A DNA stretch of 31,871 nucleotides from a virus. Lineage: Duplodnaviria; Caudoviricetes. The notes beneath the pieces are model-generated. The model saw only the letters and a program-made list of their open reading frames with translations, did no database searches and was not told the origin of the DNA. Of this stretch, positions 17,926 through 25,695 are shown in pieces (the stretch's first letter is position 1; every line of letters starts with the position of its first letter). The stretch covers positions 1 to 31,871 of IMG/VR virus record IMGVR_UViG_3300013014_000087; one strand, given 5' to 3'. Both the position numbers and the translations under genes were made by a program.

Positions 17926-18195
17926 TTACCATTGAGCCATGGCAACTCTTATCCAATTATTTTCCCCATCCCCATAATAAATATAGTTACCATCTGAAGC
18001 TAATTGTCCGTTTGAGCCTGGAGAAGATATCGTCGAAGGATAATACGTACTATAGGGATCATATAAGTTTAAAAGTCCGCCTTCTGATGATGGCGGTGTA
18101 GCATAAGTTGATATACTTCCTAACCCTTGATTTTGTTTAGAAATCAAAAGTAAATTATTTTTTGCTTGATTATAGGAAAAAGAAATTTCGCCCAT
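17926..18195 (-). CDS. Small protein ending in a fibre-tip-like motif; paralog of 18200..18406
   Basis: C-terminus PSTISSPGSNGQLASDGNYIYY....WIRVAMAQW. Confidence 0.65.
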   Translation of the reverse strand: MGEISFSYNQAKNNLLLISKQNQGLGSISTYATPPSSEGGLLNLYDPYSTYYPSTISSPGSNGQLASDGNYIYYGDGENNWIRVAMAQW

Positions 18196-18199
18196 TTTG

Positions 18200-18406
18200 T
18201 TACCATTGAGCTAGAGCTACTCTAACCCATAGATCAGTACTTTTACAAAAATAAAGATATTCGCCATCTGCAGTAATTTGTCCTGCTGTGCCTGGAGATG
18301 TTGAAGTTGCTGGAACATAAGATGTATCCATTACAAACCCACCATCATATCCAGAACCAGCTCCAGAATCTGTAATAAAATCTGCTAAGAACTCTTCAGT
18401 TGTCAT
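18200..18406 (-). CDS. Small protein consisting mostly of a fibre-tip-like motif
   Basis: PATSTSPGTAGQITADGEYLYFCKSTDLWVRVALAQW, a motif usually seen at phage fibre C-termini. Confidence 0.7.
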   Translation of the reverse strand: MTTEEFLADFITDSGAGSGYDGGFVMDTSYVPATSTSPGTAGQITADGEYLYFCKSTDLWVRVALAQW

Positions 18407-18416
18407 TCTGTATTAG

Positions 18417-18423
18417 ATTACAC
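18417..18423 (-). promoter_or_regulatory. GTGTAAT motif, 11 nt before ATG 18406
   Basis: ttacac at 18418-18423. Confidence 0.7.
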
Positions 18424-18439
18424 AATTTTAAGGGTTTTA

Positions 18440-19300
18440 TTATAATAATTTAATTTTCCCACTATTATATCTTTGTACAATTGCTCCAGAATTTACTGAT
18501 CTTGGCGTATCATCTAAAGGATTAGTATAAACTATGTAAATTGTGTTATCTGGATTAATAACAACATTTGTTGCATCTGCGCCAGCTGCCGTTTTCCAAC
18601 CCGCACCAATACCTGTTTTACGATAATATATTACATTATTTATATATAATAAATCTGCTGTTGAAATCGATCCTCCTCCTATAAAATCTCCAATATTAAA
18701 AACTGTGCCTATTGTATTTGCTGCTCCACCTTTAAATATATAAAAATTATTAAAAGTATCAAGAGCATAAGGTAGTAAATTAGTTAGATTTTGTTTTTTA
18801 ATTGAAACTTTTCCTGAGCTAACTTTTGGGAATCCAAAAGTTTGTAAGTTTTTATTAATAAGTGAATCTATTAACAAAACGGCTTTGCCGCCAAAAGTAC
18901 TACTCCAACCAGATTTTGTTGAGTATCTATAAACTTTTAAATTAGCATTAGCAGCTGCAAAAATGGCTAATCCATCAATAGGAGCATTTCCTAAAAAATT
19001 AACTCTAATTAAATTAGTGCAAACCCCAAAAGCACCAAACCCAATAAATGTCACGCTATCGGGAATCACAATGCTCGTCAGGCCGCTGCAATCCTTAAAA
19101 GCGTAACTCTGAATACTCGTAACGCTGTTTGGAATAGTGACGCTTGTAAGACTAGCGCATTCATCGAATGCAAAAATTCCGATACTCGTTACTGGTAATC
19201 CATTATAAGTACTTGGTATAACAACATCTCCAGCAGTGCAACTAGGATAAATTACTGAATAAGAAGTACCTCCATCATTTAATGAGTAAGTTAAAGCCAT
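18440..19300 (-). CDS. BspA-type leucine-rich-repeat (LRR_5) protein with an unrelated C-terminal domain
   Basis: VIPSTYNGLPVTSIG.FAF..C.SLTSVTIPNSVTSI..YAF..C.GLTSIVIPDSVT.IG..AF..C.NL..V.FLGNAP. Confidence 0.85.
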   Translation of the reverse strand: MALTYSLNDGGTSYSVIYPSCTAGDVVIPSTYNGLPVTSIGIFAFDECASLTSVTIPNSVTSIQSYAFKDCSGLTSIVIPDSVTFIGFGAFGVCTNLIRVNFLGNAPIDGLAIFAAANANLKVYRYSTKSGWSSTFGGKAVLLIDSLINKNLQTFGFPKVSSGKVSIKKQNLTNLLPYALDTFNNFYIFKGGAANTIGTVFNIGDFIGGGSISTADLLYINNVIYYRKTGIGAGWKTAAGADATNVVINPDNTIYIVYTNPLDDTPRSVNSGAIVQRYNSGKIKLL

Positions 19301-19309
19301 ATTATTATA

Positions 19310-19726
19310 TTAATTATTTATTTTATCTATGGTCTTGTCTAGTATATTATCTTGAGATACTTTTTCTTTTAGCCAAGAGTTAAGAACTCCAAAATAAACA
19401 AGATGTTCACTATCAATTAAAAATAATTCATTACCAAAATTATCCTTATAAGGTTTAACTCCAGAGTCTTCAACTAGATCAATTGCTTTTTCTTTTTTAA
19501 ATTTAATCTTATACATACCAATTAAATTATTATATCGTTCACGCGCTTGAGAAGTAATTAATGCATCATCACCAACGAAAGAAATCAATCCACCGTTATC
19601 TCTATCATATTGTTTTGGCGTTGTAGCATCGTAAGAAGATTTGTCATCTTGTATTTTATTAGGCGTTACAGTAGCGCAACCAATAAAAAGAAAATTAAGA
19701 GCTAATATGCTTGCGAGCTTCTTCAA
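19310..19726 (-). CDS. Lipoprotein, candidate outer-membrane spanin (Rz1-like)
   Basis: Signal peptide MKKLASILALNFLFIG-C. Start overlaps the 3' end of 19695..19895 by 32 nt, as in overlapped two-component spanins. Confidence 0.55.
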   Translation of the reverse strand: MKKLASILALNFLFIGCATVTPNKIQDDKSSYDATTPKQYDRDNGGLISFVGDDALITSQARERYNNLIGMYKIKFKKEKAIDLVEDSGVKPYKDNFGNELFLIDSEHLVYFGVLNSWLKEKVSQDNILDKTIDKINN

Positions 19727-19895
19727 GATCTTTTTCCTTTACTGCTTTCTCGATTTCGCTTTGATGGTCAACTTCTTTTTGAGCTTCTTGGCGATCTTTC
19801 ATTTCTTTTGTGTTCTTTGCGCCAAACACATTATTGATAGCTGCGAATATTCCAGATACTGCTGAGAGTAAAGCTGTTAATATTCCAGTTGGCAT
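19695..19895 (-). CDS. Candidate inner-membrane spanin (Rz-like)
   Basis: Hydrophobic N-terminal segment followed by a charged helical domain. Overlaps the downstream lipoprotein gene. Confidence 0.5.
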   Translation of the reverse strand: MPTGILTALLSAVSGIFAAINNVFGAKNTKEMKDRQEAQKEVDHQSEIEKAVKEKDLEEARKHISS

Positions 19896-19897
19896 GA

Positions 19898-20347
19898 TTA
19901 CTCTACGTAACTTGCTGTAGCATCTTTACATCCAGATGCAATAGCGTTAAGTACCTTTGCTGCAAGAACACCGTTTCCATCTAGCCTAGCGAATTGTTGA
20001 GCATAAAGATCTTTGATTACAGTAACATAATTTGCCCAATGAGTTTTTTCATTTGGAAGATAATCATTAAGAGCTTTTTGGAGTTGCGCTGGGGTTGGGG
20101 CAGTTCCAACTGTTAGTGCTTCTACGATTGCTGCAACGTTGTTTATCATTTTAGCTTTTTCAATTCTATCATCTCCAGAAGTGGCTTGATCAAGAACAAC
20201 AGTGCAAGCAAGCACAACTGCGGGTTTAACATAAGGAAGAGTATTTTCAACGCTTGTTGTAACATCAACTTTTCCAGTTTGTGTTGTGGCGCAAGCACCA
20301 AGAAATACGCTCAAAAGAGCAACTGCGATTAATTGTAATTTATTCAT
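19898..20347 (-). CDS. Helical lipoprotein of unknown function in the lysis cassette
   Basis: MNKLQLIAVALLSVFLGA-C lipobox. ATGA overlap with the upstream holin-like gene. Confidence 0.7.
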   Translation of the reverse strand: MNKLQLIAVALLSVFLGACATTQTGKVDVTTSVENTLPYVKPAVVLACTVVLDQATSGDDRIEKAKMINNVAAIVEALTVGTAPTPAQLQKALNDYLPNEKTHWANYVTVIKDLYAQQFARLDGNGVLAAKVLNAIASGCKDATASYVE

Positions 20348-20628
20348 ATATTTTCTCCATGTGTTATATCTTTTACTTCATTTGTTTGAGCTACTGTTTC
20401 GCCAGTAACTGCTGCATCTTTTACTGTTAATGCAAAAATAATACCAGATACAACTGCGACTAATTTTGCGATTCCAGTGATATAAACTTCTGCTATATCT
20501 GGAAGAAATGCTACCAAAGTTGGATCTGAATGAATTGCTATCGCTGTAGTAACTGCTACAACTGTAGCTATTCCAGACGAGCTAGATCTCCAATTAGGGC
20601 CAAATATTTTAGATAGCATAGTTTTCAT
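20344..20628 (-). CDS. Holin-like two-TM membrane protein
   Basis: 94 aa, GPNWRSS.SG N-terminus, two hydrophobic helices, then KD and a polar tail. Adjacent to spanin-like genes. Confidence 0.6.
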   Translation of the reverse strand: MKTMLSKIFGPNWRSSSSGIATVVAVTTAIAIHSDPTLVAFLPDIAEVYITGIAKLVAVVSGIIFALTVKDAAVTGETVAQTNEVKDITHGENI

Positions 20629-20633
20629 AAGAT

Positions 20634-20640
20634 ATTACAC
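20634..20640 (-). promoter_or_regulatory. GTGTAAT motif, 6 nt before ATG 20628
   Basis: GTGTAA-TATCTT-ATG. Confidence 0.7.
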
Positions 20641-20660
20641 TATATTATATATATTAAAAA

Positions 20661-21869
20661 TTAAAATATCAATACTTTCTTTGTATTATTCAAAACGCCA
20701 TATAATACGTTTCCACTAACAAATAATCCTCTTCTTCCAAAATCTGGATCAAGATCAAAATCAAAACTTAAGCTCGCAGTTTTATTGCTACCGATAGAAG
20801 AATCGTAATTAATATTTGTAAATTTACAACCACTAAAAGTTAATTTGGTTCTATCTACTCCTGCTTGAGTACTGTTAAAATTAACAACAATATTATAATC
20901 CTCGTCTGTATTTAATGTATCAAAAAATGAACCAGAAAGATCTTCTTTAACAATAAAACTTGTGTTTAATTTTCCATTAATTGGAAATTCTATTTTTGTT
21001 AATAATGGGAATTTGTAATTAATTGCTCTATAAGATTTTCTATTAAAAGATAATGAGTAATCCAAACTTTGAATTATATCATTATAAAATAAAACTCCAG
21101 TAGTATTATTTGTATAAAAAGCAACACTAGCGCTTCCTGGCAAAAGAATATTTTGTCCACTAATTGCAGTTTGATTATAATTTAAAGCTTTTGGAATAAT
21201 AATTGTATCATTATTAACTTGATTAATTCCAGATCTTAAATCCAACAAAGTATACTTTACGCCAGATCCACTATTATAAAAAACAATATTGTCTGCAACA
21301 TAGCTTTGATTTACTACTGGTAAATTTCCAAGTGAAACATTAAATGAATATTCATTAAGATAAGAGTTTTGAAAATGTAATAGTCCATAATTTTGACTAT
21401 TTGAATTTATTATTTGAGTAGGATTGGTTGGGTTAATTAAAGAGCTGGTTAGAGTTGCATTTTCAGAAAATAAATCATTTTCATTTTTATTTATAACAAG
21501 ATAAAAATCTCTATCATTTAGTAATACGCTATTAGTGCATAGTCCAGAAAACATTGGAGCATTAGATCCAGAGAAATGATTAACATTAAAATTTAATCTA
21601 TTTTCATTTGTAACGCCATCAGGAATATAAGAAAAATTAAAAGTTACTTCTGGTGGTTCAGAAATTCCACGAAATATATTTTGTTTCTGCCCAAAGCCTT
21701 GAGCGTTTAATCTTGGCTGTTGAATTGAGTAATTGAAATTTTGTATTTTTTCTATTCTTTTAAGAATAATATTATTAGCTAAGTAATAATCAGAGTTAGC
21801 ATTTTGTTCTCCGCTATATGGAGCAACATATAAACCTTCTACATTGTAGATTATTCTATTTCTTGCCAT
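20661..21869 (-). CDS. Virion structural protein, tail-tube-like
   Basis: MARNRIIY start, beta-rich. IQNFNYSI...GFG...PPEVTFNFSY, IQSLDYSLSFNR and YDSSIGSNKTASLSF patterns suggest tube-fold halves. Confidence 0.45.
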   Translation of the reverse strand: MARNRIIYNVEGLYVAPYSGEQNANSDYYLANNIILKRIEKIQNFNYSIQQPRLNAQGFGQKQNIFRGISEPPEVTFNFSYIPDGVTNENRLNFNVNHFSGSNAPMFSGLCTNSVLLNDRDFYLVINKNENDLFSENATLTSSLINPTNPTQIINSNSQNYGLLHFQNSYLNEYSFNVSLGNLPVVNQSYVADNIVFYNSGSGVKYTLLDLRSGINQVNNDTIIIPKALNYNQTAISGQNILLPGSASVAFYTNNTTGVLFYNDIIQSLDYSLSFNRKSYRAINYKFPLLTKIEFPINGKLNTSFIVKEDLSGSFFDTLNTDEDYNIVVNFNSTQAGVDRTKLTFSGCKFTNINYDSSIGSNKTASLSFDFDLDPDFGRRGLFVSGNVLYGVLNNTKKVLIF

Positions 21870-21874
21870 AACCT

Positions 21875-21896
21875 TAATCCTTGTATAGGATTACAC
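21875..21896 (-). promoter_or_regulatory. GTGTAAT motif (21896-21890) overlapped by a 7-bp hairpin that covers the SD of gene 21869
   Basis: GTG-TAATCCT-ATACA-AGGATTA-AGGTT-ATG. Confidence 0.65.
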
Positions 21897-21899
21897 TTT

Positions 21900-23831
21900 T
21901 TAAGCTTTACTATGATACAACAATGAAGCCATGTAATTCGAGACTTGATGTTCTGCTGCGATCTCTTGAATATTGTTGATTTGCTCTTGATTTTGATCAA
22001 AAGGTTTTTCTATATAATCTTCAATTTTAGCTTTCCAATTTTCTGGAAGTTCATTAGCTATAATAATTTCAGATATATTTTCTGCACTTTCTTTTTGTTG
22101 ATTGCTTAATTTTTTAACATTAAACTTTTTTCTAACAGCAGATTTAACTTCTTCCTCTAGATTCTGAGATGCTAAAATATTATCTTTAATTTTAAGAACT
22201 GAGAATGAAGCTTTTGTGCCAATTGGTTTTACATTTTTTGTGGACTGAGGTATTCCACTAGAGCCAGATGGTCTTCCAGCTTGACCAGCTGCACTTCCAC
22301 CAATGATTGGTTGGTATAAACCTTCGTCTCTAAGCTCTTTGAATTTTCTTTGAGATTCTAATGACTCTTCTTGAGTAGGCAATCTTCCTGTTTCAATTGC
22401 AGATAATCCTTCTTCTGCAGTTAATACGCCTAACTCTACTAATCTATTATAAATTCTAGAATATTGAACGTCATCTTTGATGTCAATATCTTGAAATGTT
22501 GGAGTTGGAAAACTCTTAAAGCCAATGTCTTTGCTCATTCTTCTAATTTCTGGAATTAAGAATTCATTAATGAATACTTCTCTAGCTTGCTTTAATCTTT
22601 GAACAAACACTTGAACCTTGATACTTGTGTTTGCAAATTTTTCATTGCCAATAAGAATATTATTTAATCCAATTTGAATATCACGATCTACTACTTCGTA
22701 CTTTTGTGGCCCAATTAGATTACCAATATCTGGAATAACAAATTGAGCTTTTGTTGTATAGTCTGCGATAAGAACTCTTCCTACGCTTTGATTCTCAAAC
22801 AATTGTTGCATCGCTTGTAGATTCTTTTGATTTACTCCACCTTTGTCGGGAGTATCTCCCATTGTAACTAATAGAACTGCTTGTTGCATTGTTCTTGTTA
22901 CTGCCATGTCCATTTTTTTCATTTCAAGTTTCCAATTGATATCATCAAGAACTGGAAATCCCATTGGAATAGAAAGTGGCTCGTAATCTTGCTTTTTATA
23001 AAATACTGCTGCGAGCTTGCTCTTATCTAATGGAACGAGAATATAGGAATTGTTTTTATTTCTTATCTTATCTTTGACATCTTGAGGAAGATTATTGTAA
23101 ACTTCAATATCTTCATCTGTTTTTGGGTCTCTTAGTCTTTCTAATTCGTAATCGCTCAATAATTTATAATAAACATTAAAAGCGTAATTAACTGTTCCAC
23201 CTACATAAATATCAGCTGGATTAACAATAGTATATCTTGCTGGAAGTTTAACTGACCCATCTTGAGCAATTGATTTTAATTTAGAACCAAAAGTTTGTGT
23301 TATTTTTAATAATTGTTCACTGGTTAAAGAAGTATCAAATCTATAAGTGAATACATTTCCACTTCTGTAATACTCTCTGAAAAATTGATCTTGGAAACTT
23401 GCTATATTGATTTTTTTAAAATATGCTTCAAAAAATTCTCTTGATTTTTTACTGCCACCAGTTAAGTAAATGGGGCTATTAGAAAATTCAGTCATTAAAT
23501 CAACTGTGTTCCTAAAAACTGCCACATTATAATAAGCTTTTTGACATAAAACGATGGCATCTCTAACATCTAGAGTAGACATATTTTTAACATAATTAGA
23601 ATATCTAAAAGGAATAATTCCTGTGTCAATATTAGTAAACCTATCAGTTCTTTCAATTGTTGAAGAAGCGTTTCTACGCATACCAGTTGAACCCCTAATT
23701 TCTGCTATTTTTGCTCTTTTCTTATCTGATGCATCTGTTCCATATACCATAAGTGGGGTTACTTGATCTTGGGGCTGTGGAAATTCTACTGAGGCTTTAG
23801 TTTCTTCGATTTTTTTAGTTTTTTTGCTCAT
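21900..23831 (-). CDS. Portal protein
   Basis: 643 aa directly after the large terminase. AYYNVAVFRNTVDLMTEF, FFREYYRSGNVF and C-terminal GRP motifs are typical of portals. Confidence 0.8.
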   Translation of the reverse strand: MSKKTKKIEETKASVEFPQPQDQVTPLMVYGTDASDKKRAKIAEIRGSTGMRRNASSTIERTDRFTNIDTGIIPFRYSNYVKNMSTLDVRDAIVLCQKAYYNVAVFRNTVDLMTEFSNSPIYLTGGSKKSREFFEAYFKKINIASFQDQFFREYYRSGNVFTYRFDTSLTSEQLLKITQTFGSKLKSIAQDGSVKLPARYTIVNPADIYVGGTVNYAFNVYYKLLSDYELERLRDPKTDEDIEVYNNLPQDVKDKIRNKNNSYILVPLDKSKLAAVFYKKQDYEPLSIPMGFPVLDDINWKLEMKKMDMAVTRTMQQAVLLVTMGDTPDKGGVNQKNLQAMQQLFENQSVGRVLIADYTTKAQFVIPDIGNLIGPQKYEVVDRDIQIGLNNILIGNEKFANTSIKVQVFVQRLKQAREVFINEFLIPEIRRMSKDIGFKSFPTPTFQDIDIKDDVQYSRIYNRLVELGVLTAEEGLSAIETGRLPTQEESLESQRKFKELRDEGLYQPIIGGSAAGQAGRPSGSSGIPQSTKNVKPIGTKASFSVLKIKDNILASQNLEEEVKSAVRKKFNVKKLSNQQKESAENISEIIIANELPENWKAKIEDYIEKPFDQNQEQINNIQEIAAEHQVSNYMASLLYHSKA

Positions 23832-23843
23832 ATATTCGTAAAT

Positions 23844-23850
23844 ATTACAC
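23844..23850 (-). promoter_or_regulatory. GTGTAAT motif, 13 nt before portal ATG 23831
   Basis: ttacac at 23845-23850, immediately after the terminase stop. Confidence 0.7.
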
Positions 23851-25695
23851 TTATTTTATCATTATTGGGGTGAAAGTCTGAGATATCTCTTCTTTTGGCG
23901 CGGTCATTATATCATAATAGCACTTTAAGCCCCAATTTGCTAATAAAAGTGCAGAATAATTGTCTTTTCTAGCTTTATTAGATGAACTGCTTCTTTTTAA
24001 ATGCTGTGGTAAATCAAAGGTTTGAGTGCCTCTAGCTGTAGATGAGTGTTCTACTAGAGTACATTGCTTTTTAGTTTGATAAATAAAGTCATCTTGATTT
24101 TCAATGAAATCTAAAGTGGACCAGTCTTTCTTTTCTTCTGTTTTCATTAAATCTAATGGAATGCTCTGAGAGAATACAGTTTCAAAGAAGTTATCATTTG
24201 CACAAGTTTTACTAGCGAACCATATTTTTTTATAATCAATAGAGGCTTGCAAGTGTTCATTAGCTTTACGAATAAAATTACTTGTAAAGACTTGATTGAA
24301 GGCTATTTTTTTTGATTCTAAATTGTAGCTATTTCTTGTTTTTCTAACTTCTTGATCATAATCTGGGCCTTCTAAATCGGAATTAAATTCAAAAGTATTA
24401 ATGATCAGATTATTACTTTTAAATAATTCAGATTGGTTACAAGCAGAAAGAAATATATCCGCTCCAGCGTTATCCAAAATCATAAATACAATATTAAAGT
24501 TGGTCATAATATAATAAAAGTAATTAACATGATTTTTTAAATTGCCTAATCCAGCATAAGTATGAACCAATGTACCAATTTTATTTTCTTCATCGATTTC
24601 CATTACTGCCATAGCAAAATAATCTGCATTTGGACTATCGCTCATATTAGGATCAATACCTAAAACATATTTTTTTCCAGAAGTCCCTTTCATTAGGGTA
24701 TGAGGAGTTTCTCCATTTTTAATAGTACAATCTTCCATCTTTTTAGCACTAAAATAACTATCACTACCATCAATAAATCTTGCGCAATATTCTCTTAAAA
24801 AACTACTATGACTTGACCCCCCATTTTGCGCTTCTTCAATAATAGTCTTATCTATCATTTCTAATGGAAGAGCCTCGTAACTTAATTGAGAAATAAAATA
24901 AGAAGCTTCTGTAGTCTCTTTACAATTAATTTTTTCTACCCATTCATTATGTGTTTTATAAAGATTTTCAAAAGTATAGCTGGCAGAAGATAACGCTATC
25001 ATTTTACTATTATTTTCAAATACAAGCCTATCTTCCTCTTTCATTAATCCATCTTTTATTAAGATGTCTTCAGTCTCTCTAATCTCCATTCTTTCTTTCA
25101 TATTTTGTGGAGCAACTAAGAAAGGCATTAAAACAGTTTTAATAATATCTTCTGGAAGAAGCAAAAACTCATCTAATACAAGTACATTTGCTCTAAATCC
25201 TCGAATTTTTTCTCCATTCAAAGGTATAGCGACTATACTTCCTCCGTTAATAGCCCATTCATATTGATCGTTTCTTTTACTCTTAGAGCCAAAAGCTTGT
25301 TGAAGAAGTTCTGCGCCTTTGCTGTTTACAATTTTTTCTAGGTTGTTGAATATGAATCTAGCTGTTCTAAAAGTTGGTCCTGCAATTAAAATTTTTGTGT
25401 TAGGTTCAAAAACGCATTGAAGAAAGCAAAAAACAGCAGCTACAAAACTTTTTCCACAACCTCTACCCCAAATGCACATATTAAAATTTCTAGTCATTAA
25501 AGCTTTTAAATGAATCTCTTGGTATGGAGCTAATTTTATACCACTTATAAGTTCTGTAGTAAAACCTAAATTTGCTCTCAAGAATTTTACTAAACTAATT
25601 TTTGCTTCTTTATCGTTTAGTACGCCTTTTAATTCCATTAATTCTTTATTAATATCTGGATAATCTTTTTTATATTTATCTGGAGAGTATATCAT
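23851..25695 (-). CDS. terL: Terminase large subunit
   Basis: LAPYQ motif, Walker A WGRGCGKS, IRG..ANVLVLDE Walker B, SSA coupling motif, RNase-H-like VLGIDP and C-terminal KDNYSAL. Confidence 0.93.
   Translation of the reverse strand: MIYSPDKYKKDYPDINKELMELKGVLNDKEAKISLVKFLRANLGFTTELISGIKLAPYQEIHLKALMTRNFNMCIWGRGCGKSFVAAVFCFLQCVFEPNTKILIAGPTFRTARFIFNNLEKIVNSKGAELLQQAFGSKSKRNDQYEWAINGGSIVAIPLNGEKIRGFRANVLVLDEFLLLPEDIIKTVLMPFLVAPQNMKERMEIRETEDILIKDGLMKEEDRLVFENNSKMIALSSASYTFENLYKTHNEWVEKINCKETTEASYFISQLSYEALPLEMIDKTIIEEAQNGGSSHSSFLREYCARFIDGSDSYFSAKKMEDCTIKNGETPHTLMKGTSGKKYVLGIDPNMSDSPNADYFAMAVMEIDEENKIGTLVHTYAGLGNLKNHVNYFYYIMTNFNIVFMILDNAGADIFLSACNQSELFKSNNLIINTFEFNSDLEGPDYDQEVRKTRNSYNLESKKIAFNQVFTSNFIRKANEHLQASIDYKKIWFASKTCANDNFFETVFSQSIPLDLMKTEEKKDWSTLDFIENQDDFIYQTKKQCTLVEHSSTARGTQTFDLPQHLKRSSSSNKARKDNYSALLLANWGLKCYYDIMTAPKEEISQTFTPIMIK

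Noticed and set aside
10339-23850. Short inverted repeats pairing the motif with its leader at 10351, 18418 and 23845 (TGTAA/TTACA, TGTA/TACA, GTAA/TTAC)
   Set aside because: Only 4-5 AT-rich base pairs, too weak to distinguish from chance, unlike the 7-bp stem at 21875-21893.
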